A stretch of DNA of 64,000 nucleotides from an uncultured bacterium (GTDB lineage: Bacteria; Verrucomicrobiota; Kiritimatiellia; PWTM01): assembly GCA_937139365.1 (NCBI GenBank), contig CAKZPT010000062.1, positions 5,422 to 69,421 of the forward strand, in the 5' to 3' direction. This document shows, one piece after another, positions 28,401 to 37,219 of the stretch. The number at the start of each line of letters is the position of its first letter. Within the stretch, counting starts at the first letter, position 1. Position numbers and translations under genes: made by a program. Below the pieces are notes generated by a model. That model did no database searches. It saw nothing but the letters and a program-made list of their open reading frames with translations, and was not told where the DNA came from.

Positions 28401-29987
28401 TTGTCCAATCGAATGTACACGCCGTTGACATTTGTATTTCCATCCTCGAGAATGGCCATTGAACCCGTGCCTGTCCCCATGCGGGCCCCCGGTCGGTCCC
28501 ATCGGACGGGCGCAACTGAGGAGCAGGATGTCGTGAGAGAGTTGAAGCCCATTCCCATGGCGGTCGTGCCGCCGCTCGATCCCGATTTCGTGCCCGCCGC
28601 ACTCTGGCACCGCGCCTTCGACGAGGCCGCCCACCGGTTGGATGGTCCAGTCCTCGAGTTTGCGTTCGTCCGCCCCGACGGCACGTGTTTCCGCCATTCG
28701 ATGCGCATTCTGCCCCATCGCTCCGACACCGCGTCCCTGAACCTGCGCGCCGTGGAACGGACATTGAAATTCCTGCTGTGGATGAAAGGCGCGTCGCGGA
28801 TCCTCGTGGCGGGCTGCCCGCAGTTGGCCGTGGAACTCGGGCGCATCTACAGCCCGACCGGTGCTCGCGCCTTCGACGACGACCTGATCGGCCGCCGTGT
28901 GTTTTTAGAGCACCTGTCGGTCGAAGCGACCGACGCCCGTGCCCTCCCGCCGCCCAACGAGCCGGTCGTCGCCCTCGGTCGGAACCTCGACGGCTGCCGT
29001 ATCGGCTTCGACCTTGGCGGCAGCGACCGGAAATGCGCCGCCGTCATCGATGGCCAGGTCGTCCACTCCGAAGAGGTTCCCTGGAGCCCGTATTTCGAAA
29101 AGGACCCTATCTACCACATCGAAGGCGTGCGCGATTCTCTTCGCCGCGCGGCGGCCCACCTGCCGCGGGTGGATGCGATCGGCGGCAGCGCAGCGGGGGT
29201 ATACATCCAGAACGAGCCGCGCGTCGCCTCGCTTTTCCGCGGCGTCTCGCCGGAGGAGTTCGAGCGGTCGATCCGTCCGATGTTCCACCGCCTCCGCGAC
29301 GAGTGGAACGGCGTGCCGTTCGTCGTCGCCAACGATGGCGAGGTGACGGCGTTGGCCGGCTCGATGGCGTTGGGGGAGAACGCCGTCCTCGGCGTCTCGA
29401 TGGGCACCAGCGTCGCGGCGGGATGGTGCGACGCGGCCGGCCACATCACGACCTGGCTTAACGAGCTGGCGTTCGTTCCGGTGGACTATCGCGACGGCGC
29501 TCCCGCCGACGAGTGGTCGGGCGACGTCGGTTGCTGTGTGCAGTACTTCAGCCAGCAGGGCGTCGCTCGGCTCGCGGCGAAGGCCGGGATCTCCTTCCCC
29601 GACGCCACACCCGCAGCCGAGCGGCTGGTCGAGGTGCAGCGGCGCATGGCGGCGGGCGACGAGGCGGCGCTGCGCATCTTCGAGACCATCGGCGTGTGCT
29701 TCGGGTACGCGCTGGCGCGGTTCGCGGAGTTCTACCCGATGCGCCACGTCCTGGTCCTGGGCCGCGTGACGTCGGGGGCTGGCGGCGCGGTGATCCTGGA
29801 GCGCGCGACGGACGTCTTGCGCCGTCAGTTCCCGGAGCTGGCCGAGCGCCTGCGCCTGCACACGCCGGACGAACAATCGAAGCGGCACGGGCAGGCGATC
29901 GCCGCCGCGAGCCTGCCGGCGATCCCGTGCGCCCCCGCCTCGACGGAGGAGGCGTTGAGGCTTCTGTCCCCACGGCCTTTCTCGTAA
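28401..29987 (+). CDS. ASKHA-superfamily sugar kinase-like protein (ROK or BadF/MurK-like) with a roughly 190-aa N-terminal extension
   Basis: RIGFDLGGSDRKCAAVIDGQVVH (phosphate-1 motif), ENAVLGVSMGTSVAAGWCDAAGHI (ROK-like glycine-rich motif) and VLVLGRVTSGAGG (adenosine motif). The N-terminal 190 aa have no recognised domain. The start is uncertain (528 aa from 28401). Confidence 0.55.
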   Translation: MSNRMYTPLTFVFPSSRMAIEPVPVPMRAPGRSHRTGATEEQDVVRELKPIPMAVVPPLDPDFVPAALWHRAFDEAAHRLDGPVLEFAFVRPDGTCFRHSMRILPHRSDTASLNLRAVERTLKFLLWMKGASRILVAGCPQLAVELGRIYSPTGARAFDDDLIGRRVFLEHLSVEATDARALPPPNEPVVALGRNLDGCRIGFDLGGSDRKCAAVIDGQVVHSEEVPWSPYFEKDPIYHIEGVRDSLRRAAAHLPRVDAIGGSAAGVYIQNEPRVASLFRGVSPEEFERSIRPMFHRLRDEWNGVPFVVANDGEVTALAGSMALGENAVLGVSMGTSVAAGWCDAAGHITTWLNELAFVPVDYRDGAPADEWSGDVGCCVQYFSQQGVARLAAKAGISFPDATPAAERLVEVQRRMAAGDEAALRIFETIGVCFGYALARFAEFYPMRHVLVLGRVTSGAGGAVILERATDVLRRQFPELAERLRLHTPDEQSKRHGQAIAAASLPAIPCAPASTEEALRLLSPRPFS

Positions 29988-30016
29988 AGTAACGCCGATT
30001 CCGCGGGAGCCATTCG

Positions 30017-30937
30017 ATGCCCAACCACGAAACCCTGGTGGTGCTGGCGGCGGGGATCGGCAGCCGGTACGGCGGCTTGAAGCAACTCGACCCGGTCGGA
30101 CCCAACGGCGAGGTCATTCTGGATTATTCGGTGTACGACGCGGTGCGCGCCGGCTTCGGACGCGTCGTCTTCATCATCCAGCGCGCCTTCGAGGCGGCCT
30201 TTCGCGATCGGATCCTGAGCCGCTACGAAGGGCACATCTCGGCCGCGCTGGCGTTCCAGGAGCTGGACATGCTGCCGGAGGGCTTCGCGGTGCCGGAGGG
30301 CCGGCAAAAGCCGTGGGGCACGGCGCATGCGGTGCTCTGCGCGGCGTCCGCCCTCGGCGAGGCGCCGTTCGCGGTGATCAACGCCGACGACTTCTACGGA
30401 CGCGGCGCGTACGAGCTGTTGATCGAATTTCTGCGCGCCCCGCAGCCGCCGGGGCCCCCGACCTACGCGCTGGTCGGCTACCGGCTGCGCAACACCCTCT
30501 CCGACCACGGCGCCGTCGCGCGCGGCGTTTGCACCGTCAACGCCGGCCTGGAGCTGGTCGCGGCCGAGGAGCTCACCGCCATTGAGGCGCTACCCGGCGG
30601 CCGGGCGCGCAACCGTTATCCCGACGGTTCGGTGCACGAGCTGACGGGCGACGAATTCGTCTCGATGAACCTGTGGGGCTTTTTGCCCTCCGCGCTCCCG
30701 CTGATCCGCGCCGGGTTCGAGCGGTTTCTCCGCGAGCACGGCGGCGATCCGAAGGCGGAGTTCTACATCCCCACCGTGGTCACGGAGTGGCTGCGCGCCG
30801 GCCGCGCGCGGTGCCGCGTGCTGCCGACCTCCGAGACGTGGTTCGGAGTGACCTACCGCGAGGACAAGCCCCGCGTCGTGGAGAGCCTGCGCGCCCTGGT
30901 CGCCGCTGGCGTCTACCCCGAACGCCTCTGGAGCTGA
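30017..30937 (+). CDS. Sugar-1-phosphate nucleotidyltransferase (MurU-like N-acetylhexosamine/MurNAc-1-P uridylyltransferase candidate)
   Basis: LAAGIGSRYGGLKQLDPVGPNGEVILDYSVYDAVRAGF (NTP-transferase G-loop), KPWGTAHAVL and VINADDFYG; 306 aa. Confidence 0.7.
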   Translation: MPNHETLVVLAAGIGSRYGGLKQLDPVGPNGEVILDYSVYDAVRAGFGRVVFIIQRAFEAAFRDRILSRYEGHISAALAFQELDMLPEGFAVPEGRQKPWGTAHAVLCAASALGEAPFAVINADDFYGRGAYELLIEFLRAPQPPGPPTYALVGYRLRNTLSDHGAVARGVCTVNAGLELVAAEELTAIEALPGGRARNRYPDGSVHELTGDEFVSMNLWGFLPSALPLIRAGFERFLREHGGDPKAEFYIPTVVTEWLRAGRARCRVLPTSETWFGVTYREDKPRVVESLRALVAAGVYPERLWS

Positions 30938-30942
30938 CCGCC

Positions 30943-32079
30943 GTGCGCCCCCCTCCGCCGCCGGACCGCCTGCGCGAGATCGTCGGCCGGTTCCGCATTT
31001 CGGGCGACGTCGGCGACATCCGCCCGTACGGCAGCGGCCACATCAACGACACGTTCGTCGTCGAGGTCGACCAGGCCGGCGCGCCGGTCCGCTACATCCT
31101 GCAGCGTCTGAATACCGACGTGTTCCGCGACCCCGCCGCGGTGATGCGCAACATCGGCCGAGTCACCCGCCACCTCGCCGACCGCCTTCGCCGCGCCGGC
31201 GTGCGCGACGCCAGCCGCCGCGCCCTGACGCTGATCCCGACGCTCGACGGTGCGGACTGGTTGGACGAACCCGACGGTGCCTGGCGGGTCTACCTCTTCA
31301 TCGAGCGCGCCCGCACCTACGACCAGATCGAGCATCCCGGCCAGGCGGAGGCCGCCGCCCGAGCGTTCGCCCGCTTCCAGCTGGAACTGGCCGACCTGCC
31401 CGTCGGGTCGCTCGCCGAGACCATCCCCGACTTCCACCACACCCGCCGCCGCTTCGAGGCGCTGCGCGAGGCCGTCCGGGCCGATCCCCTCGGCCGCGCC
31501 TCCGGATGCCGCCCGGAGATCGAGTTCGCCTTCGCCCGCGAGGGCATCGTGGACACGTTGCTCGACGCCCGCGCCGCCGGCCTCTTGCCTGACCGCGTCA
31601 CGCACAACGACACCAAGCTCAACAACGTGATGCTGGACGACGCCACCGGCGAGGGGGTCTGCGTGATCGACCTCGACACCGTGATGCCCGGCCTCGTCCT
31701 GTACGACTTCGGCGACATGTGCCGCACCGCGACCCGCCCCACCCCCGAGGACGAACGCGACCTCGGGCGGGTCCGGATGCGGCCGGACATGTTCGAGGTC
31801 CTCGCCCGCGGCTACCTCTCCGCCGCCGCCGACTTCCTCCTCGATGCCGAGGTCGAACGGCTCGCGTTTTCGGCCCGGCTGATCACCTTCGAGATCGGCA
31901 TCCGGTTTCTGGCCGACTACCTCCTCGGCGACGTCTATTTCAAAACCCACCGCCCCGGCCACAACCTCGACCGGTGCCGCGTCCAGTTCCGGATGGTCGA
32001 GTCGTTCGAGGCGAACGAAGACCGGATGCGGGAAATCGTCGACGCGCTGTGGCGCCGCGCGAGGGAGGCCCGACCATGA
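30943..32079 (+). CDS. APH-fold anomeric sugar kinase (AmgK/NahK-like N-acetylhexosamine or MurNAc/GlcNAc 1-kinase)
   Basis: Body of track ORF 30673..32079 from a GTG at 30943 (VRPPPPPDRL...), 6 nt after the nucleotidyltransferase stop. PYGSGHINDTFVV (glycine loop), HNDTKLNNVMLD (the HNDTKxNN catalytic motif I recall as NahK/AmgK-specific) and VIDLDT (DxD). Confidence 0.75.
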   Translation: MRPPPPPDRLREIVGRFRISGDVGDIRPYGSGHINDTFVVEVDQAGAPVRYILQRLNTDVFRDPAAVMRNIGRVTRHLADRLRRAGVRDASRRALTLIPTLDGADWLDEPDGAWRVYLFIERARTYDQIEHPGQAEAAARAFARFQLELADLPVGSLAETIPDFHHTRRRFEALREAVRADPLGRASGCRPEIEFAFAREGIVDTLLDARAAGLLPDRVTHNDTKLNNVMLDDATGEGVCVIDLDTVMPGLVLYDFGDMCRTATRPTPEDERDLGRVRMRPDMFEVLARGYLSAAADFLLDAEVERLAFSARLITFEIGIRFLADYLLGDVYFKTHRPGHNLDRCRVQFRMVESFEANEDRMREIVDALWRRAREARP

Positions 32080-34061
32080 ACATGTCCGGACTTGACGTCG
32101 CGATCGTGATCGCCTTTCTGGCTTCGGTGGTCGTCGTCGGCTCGCTGGCCGCGAAGCGGGCCGGACGCAGTTCGGCGGACTTCTTCCTTTCCGGCCGCTC
32201 GATGCCGTGGTGGCTGTTGGGCGTCTCGATGGTCGCCTGCACGTTTTCGTGCGACACGCCGAACCTCGTCACCGACATCGTCCGCACCGGCGGCGTGGCG
32301 GGAAACTGGGCGTGGTGGGCGTTCCTGCTGACCGGCATGCTGACGGTGTTCGTCTACGCCAAGCTCTGGCGGCGATCGGCGCTCGACACGGACCTCGGCT
32401 TCTACGAGATCCGCTACAGCGGCCGTCCCGCCGCCGTACTGCGCGGCTTCCGCGCCCTCTACCTCGGTGTGCTGTTCAACGTGCTGGTGATGGCGACCGT
32501 CTCGCTGGCGGCGATCAAGATCGGACAGGTGATGTTCGGCCTTCGGCCGGGCGAGACCCTCTTCTACGCTTCCGCCGGCGTGGCGATCTACTCCGTCCTG
32601 GGCGGCCTGACGGGCTCGATTTGGGCGGACTTTTACCAGTACTCGGTGGCGATGTTCGGCGCGATCGCGGCGGCCTGGTACGCGGTGACCTCGCCGGCGT
32701 TCGGCGTCGGCGGTCTCTCGAACCTCGTCGCGCACCCGAACCTCGCCGGGAAGCTGTCGTTCCTGCCGCCGGCGCCGTCGGCCGACGACCTCAGTCCGCT
32801 GGTGGGCCTCTTCGTCCTGCCGGTGGCGATCCAGTGGTGGAACGTCTGGTACCCCGGCGCCGAGCCGGGCGGGGGCGGATACGTCGCGCAGCGGATGCTC
32901 TCGGCCAAAAACGAGCGGCATGCCGTTGGCGCCACGCTGTTGTTCAACTTCCTCCACTACGCGGTGCGCCCCTGGCCGTGGATCCTCGTCGCCCTCGTTT
33001 CGCTGGTCGCCTTTGCGCCCGACCCGCCCGAGGTTCGCGACGCCGCCCGCGCCCGCCTGCAATCGCCGGAGCTGGCCGCGGAGGTGGCGAGGTACGACGC
33101 CGGACGAGCGGACGAGCTGCCCCCCGAGCGCCGGGCCGAGATCCGGCTGCTCAAGGCCCGCGCGGCGGGCGTGGGCCGTTTGGCCGAGGCCTTCCCGGTC
33201 GTCCACGACCAGTTCCTGCGCAACGACATCGCGTACCCCGCGATGATCGCCCGCCTGCCGAAGGGCCTGCTGGGGATCGTCGTCGCGTCGCTGATCGCCG
33301 CCTACATGTCCACCATCGCCACGCACCTCAACTGGGGCTCGTCGTACGTCGTGAACGACTTCTACCGCCGCTTCCTGCGGCCCGGCGCATCGGAGCGCGA
33401 GCTGGTCGCCGTCGGGCGTGCCACGATGCTGGCGCTGCTGCTGCTGTCGGCCTGGGTGGCGATCCAGATGACGAACGCCAAGGCCTCGTTCGACCTGCTG
33501 TTGGCCGTCGGGGCGGGGACGGGGCTGATCTACATTCTCCGCTGGTTCTGGTGGCGGCTGAACGCCTGGAGCGAGATCAGCGCGATGATCCTCTCGTTCG
33601 CGATCGCCTGCTTCTTCGCTTGGGGCGCGCCGCGCCTGGGCCTGGAGGCCGCAATGCGCGACGCCGGCTGGCTGAAGATCATGAGCTACGGTGACTGGAA
33701 ACTCCTCCTAGGCATCGCCGGCACGACCGCCGGCTGGCTGGCGGTCACCTGGATGACGCCGCCGGTGGATGGCCGCGTCCTGCGCGAGTTTTACCGCAAA
33801 GTGCAGCCCGGCGGCCCCGGCTGGCGGCCGGTCGTCGCTGCCGCGCGGGCGGAGGGCGAGGTGCTGGAACGGGAGACCGGATGGGACGTCCCGCTAGGCC
33901 TGGTGTGCATGATGCTCGGCTGCCTCGCGGTCTGGGGTGCGCTCTTCTCGATCGGAAGCTGGCTGTACGGTCGCCGCATCGGCGCGCTCGCGCTGGCGGC
34001 CGTCGCCGCCGTTTCGCTCGCCGCCCTGCTCCGGCTCAGCCGCCGCCTCCGCTTCCGCTGA
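32076..34061 (+). CDS. Sodium:solute symporter family (SSF) transporter
   Basis: The MNMSGLDVAIVIAFL start overlaps the kinase stop (ATGA). A polytopic SSF architecture of 661 aa (GGYVAQRMLSAKNERHA, NWGSSYVVNDFYRRF). Confidence 0.85.
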   Translation: MNMSGLDVAIVIAFLASVVVVGSLAAKRAGRSSADFFLSGRSMPWWLLGVSMVACTFSCDTPNLVTDIVRTGGVAGNWAWWAFLLTGMLTVFVYAKLWRRSALDTDLGFYEIRYSGRPAAVLRGFRALYLGVLFNVLVMATVSLAAIKIGQVMFGLRPGETLFYASAGVAIYSVLGGLTGSIWADFYQYSVAMFGAIAAAWYAVTSPAFGVGGLSNLVAHPNLAGKLSFLPPAPSADDLSPLVGLFVLPVAIQWWNVWYPGAEPGGGGYVAQRMLSAKNERHAVGATLLFNFLHYAVRPWPWILVALVSLVAFAPDPPEVRDAARARLQSPELAAEVARYDAGRADELPPERRAEIRLLKARAAGVGRLAEAFPVVHDQFLRNDIAYPAMIARLPKGLLGIVVASLIAAYMSTIATHLNWGSSYVVNDFYRRFLRPGASERELVAVGRATMLALLLLSAWVAIQMTNAKASFDLLLAVGAGTGLIYILRWFWWRLNAWSEISAMILSFAIACFFAWGAPRLGLEAAMRDAGWLKIMSYGDWKLLLGIAGTTAGWLAVTWMTPPVDGRVLREFYRKVQPGGPGWRPVVAAARAEGEVLERETGWDVPLGLVCMMLGCLAVWGALFSIGSWLYGRRIGALALAAVAAVSLAALLRLSRRLRFR

Positions 34062-34114
34062 ACCGCCGCCCCGCCACCTTGCAGCCAGGCAGATCCGCAC
34101 CACTTTCGCCATCA

Positions 34115-35930
34115 TCACCGACGCCCTGGATGTGCGCCGCGAAACCGATCCGGTCGAGGAGTAACCCAAGGTCGCTCTCGCGCCAGTCGAGGAGGTCGAG
34201 CCACACCGCCTCCGCGGGACGCGACCAGCCGAACGTTGCCCGATACCGCGCCACCCCGGAGAAGAACCGCACCGCGGCCTCCGGGTGATCGTCCAGCGGC
34301 ATCAACCGCTCGAGCCGGATCGCCTCGGGGCAGGTCCAACCCCTCAGGAAAGGCGACCGTCCACGGTCCCGTGATGTCGAGCGGAACCGGCGCCTCCAAC
34401 AACTCCTCATGCACCCGGCCATCTGATCAGACGAACCGATGGTGCCCGCCCTCGGCCGTCCACCACGCCCAACTCCGCCCGTCCCGCGCCAGACGGGGCA
34501 GGCCCAGCAGCAGGCGCTCCTCCCGCGACCGGCCCTCGTCGGCCAGCCGCGCGACCTCCGCCTCACTGAACCCCACTGACCACACCGCCCACACGCCGCT
34601 TTCGCCACGGAAGTCCTTCGGCGGACGGGACGGACCGCTCACCGAAGGATGAGCCGGCCGTGCGCCTTCCACCCCTTCAGCCACGGTTCGGCCATCCAGG
34701 CACAGGCGCGCCCGCCGCCGCTCCGGCGGGACCTGCTCCAACAAGCGGCCGACGAACTGACCGAAATGGTGCGTGGCCCAGCGGCGGTTCATCTTGTCCA
34801 CCTCGAGGCCGGTGCCTTCCTCGGAGGCCGGGTGGTTGCGGATCCCCGCGGGCGTCATGCCGATCCGGAACACGCGCCACTCGCCCGGCGGCGGCGTCCA
34901 GCGCAGTCGGCCGTCCGCGTCCAGCCGGCCGGTGAGGTCCACTACGCGGTCAGGCGGGCTCGCCCCGACCGGATCGTCCGCCATCGGCTGGGGCGCCCAC
35001 CGGTAGTGCTCCCAGGGCGGGAGGGGCTCGGGGAACATCTTGCCGAGCTGCTTTTCGATGTAGAACTCCAGCCGGGGCCCGCGAAAAGTTCGATCTCCCG
35101 CAGCGCCGCAGTGCCGGCCCTGGGCCGCAGCGTCACGCAAGCAAGTCGAGGTCGCCGGCGCGAAGGCGATCGCGATGGGGCCGGAGGTCGCAAATCCGAC
35201 AAGCAGATCGGGCTTCCGCAGTTCGAAAGCCGCGCGGCGAATCGGCCGCCAGCGGTCTCCGGCGCGCCTTCAGCTCCACCTCCGCGCGGTACGAAACCGC
35301 CGCCAGGTGCAACACACCAGCGCGCCACGAAGGGGTGGGCGCAGGTGAGCTCGATCTGCACCGGCCGGACGCCCAGCCCGACGGGCTCCGCCAGATCGCC
35401 GTCGGCCAGCCGCGAGACGTCCGAGACGGCCGGACGGATTTCCACGGCAGGACGGAAGGCGGCGATGGACACGTCGTCTTCCAGCTCCGCGGGCGCCGCC
35501 AGCAGGACGATGTCCTAAAACGGCTCGGCCGGCGGCGGCAGGACGATGTCGACGGGTGTGGGGCCGCGTACCCGGGCTTCCGCGATGGCGACCCGGCGCA
35601 TCGCCTGCGTCGCGGCGATCCACGGGCCGCCGGACTGGCTCCAGCCGAGGCAGTTGAACAGCCCGATGTCCCCCCCAGCCGCCCGGCTTCGAGCAGCGTG
35701 TGTTCGAAGGCCGCCCATCACCCGTCCGAGAACACGCGCACCGTGCCGGCAGTGGCGTCCCGGAGATAAATGTGGCCGATCAGCGCCGCTCCAATGCCCG
35801 CCCGCCGCATCGCCTCCAAGTCTCCCGTGATGCCGGAGGTGGGGACGTTATCGCTGATCCGGTACCGATGACACCACGGCCGCGTCTCGTCCGGCGGTTC
35901 CCTGAAACCCGCGGCCAGCGGCAGCCCCAA
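34115..35930 (-). pseudogene. Glycoside-hydrolase-like gene shattered into at least 5 frame fragments
   Basis: Minus-strand pieces 35718..35930 (ISDNVPTSGITGDLEAMRRAGIGAALIGHIY), 35515..35721 (GGDIGLFNCLGWSQSGGPWI), 34942..35472, 34427..35140 (LEFYIEKQLGKMFPEPLPPWEHYRW...TPPPGEWRVFRIGMTP), 34036..34608 and 34115..34414 lie in three different frames. The family is not resolved. A 15-bp local duplication CGGCAGGACGATGTC lies at 35497-35552. Confidence 0.5.
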
Positions 35931-36039
35931 CGAACGCCGCTAACCCCGCCGTCAGGCATGCCGACCCCAGCAGGGTGGCCCCCGGCCGTCGTCGCGCAAG
36001 TCGCGCCATCTCCGGCCTCCTTGGATTCGATCGGGTCGC

Positions 36040-36408
36040 TCAATCCGGCATGGCGGCCGGGAGGGACAGCGGCACCCACACGTCACAGACGTGCGACGAG
36101 CGGTTTGCCGACACCAACCGCCAGCGCTCCCAAAGTTCCTCCCGCCGCCCGTCGCCGGCGCGACGTTCCTCGCGCGCCATCGACACGGAGCTTGGCGGGC
36201 AAAATCCTGTGGAATTGGTCAAGGAAAGAACCCGCACAACGGTCATCGAATGCAGCCCCAGCGAGAGGTCCGCGGCGTCGGACGTCAAACGCCCGGCGAC
36301 CCCGGCATGGAACAGCGCAGCCGCGACCGCGCCCGTCAGCGCTGCCGCCACCGCCAGCGCCACGAGCACCTCGATCAGGGTAAACCCCAACCCGCGGCCG
36401 TCGCGCAC
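36040..36408 (-). CDS. Prepilin-type N-terminal cleavage/methylation domain protein (minor pseudopilin)
   Basis: ...RGLG|FTLIEVLVALAVAAALTGAVAAAL. A GTG start at 36408 (SD GGAGGG 14 nt upstream) gives an 8-aa leader. The track ORF starts at the ATG at 36486 (34-aa leader), which is less likely. Confidence 0.6.
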   Translation of the reverse strand: MRDGRGLGFTLIEVLVALAVAAALTGAVAAALFHAGVAGRLTSDAADLSLGLHSMTVVRVLSLTNSTGFCPPSSVSMAREERRAGDGRREELWERWRLVSANRSSHVCDVWVPLSLPAAMPD

Positions 36409-36757
36409 GCGGCCGAAGCGCGCCCTCCGCCGAATCTCCGGCCTCCTTGCACGTCCCGAACCCCGCATTTCGGGCGCTTGTACCATGCCCGGCGGCGCGG
36501 CTCAAGAACGGATGGGCGGGCGCAAGCCGGCGATCCTGGGCCTGCAGGCGCTCAACCGCGGCAACTCCCCCGCGATGCCGTTGAGCGGTTGCAGGGTTCA
36601 AGTTTGCCCCAGCCGCAGCCATGCCCATCCGCAAACGGTCTACGCTCGTCTTCACCCTTCGGGCTACGCCAGGCCTTCGGCAAGCCGAGGCCCTGGGGAA
36701 GGCATGCGTGCGGCATGCCGAAATCGTAGGGTTCGACCTTGCTCGAGCCGCCGGCGG

Positions 36758-37219
36758 CTACAGGTCGGCCGAGGAAATATCGGCGGCGTCGCCGGTCCCC
36801 CCCGGCCGTCCGTCGGCGCCGTAGCTGAGGATTTCGTATGGCAACCCGTCCCGGCCGGGTACGGCGTACACGAATTCCCGTCCCCACGGGTCGCGGGGGA
36901 GCTTGCGGCTGCTGAGGTAGCCTTCGGGCGGATACGTTTCGGGGGCCGGCGGGACCGCCGGTTTGCGCACGAGGGCCTCCAACCCCTGCTCCATCGTCGG
37001 GTAGCGGCCCTGTTCGATCTGATAGTGCGACAGCGCGTTTTGCAGCTCGCGAATCTGCAGCTTCGCCGTGTCCACACGGGCCTTGCGCTGCTGGCCGATC
37101 ACGTTGACGGTGACCAGCGTCGCCAACCCCATCAGGATGGCAAGTACGACGAGGACCTCGATCAGGGTGAAACCGGCCGAAGCGCGCCGGCGCGCGCCAT
37201 GGCGGTGGTCTCCGCTCAT
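36758..37219 (-). CDS. gspG: Type II secretion system major pseudopilin GspG
   Basis: AG|FTLIEVLVVLAILMGLATLVTVNVIGQQRKARVDTAKLQIRELQNALSHYQIEQGRYPTMEQGLEALV...DPWGREFVY...YEILSYGADGRPGGTGDAADI is a canonical GspG sequence along its whole length. Confidence 0.85.
   Translation of the reverse strand: MSGDHRHGARRRASAGFTLIEVLVVLAILMGLATLVTVNVIGQQRKARVDTAKLQIRELQNALSHYQIEQGRYPTMEQGLEALVRKPAVPPAPETYPPEGYLSSRKLPRDPWGREFVYAVPGRDGLPYEILSYGADGRPGGTGDAADISSADL

Noticed and set aside
31935-33326. 463-aa minus-strand ORF and the 495-aa alternate plus frame 32207..33694
   Set aside because: Both overlap the SSF transporter, whose frame carries the polytopic membrane signature. They are GC-frame artefacts.
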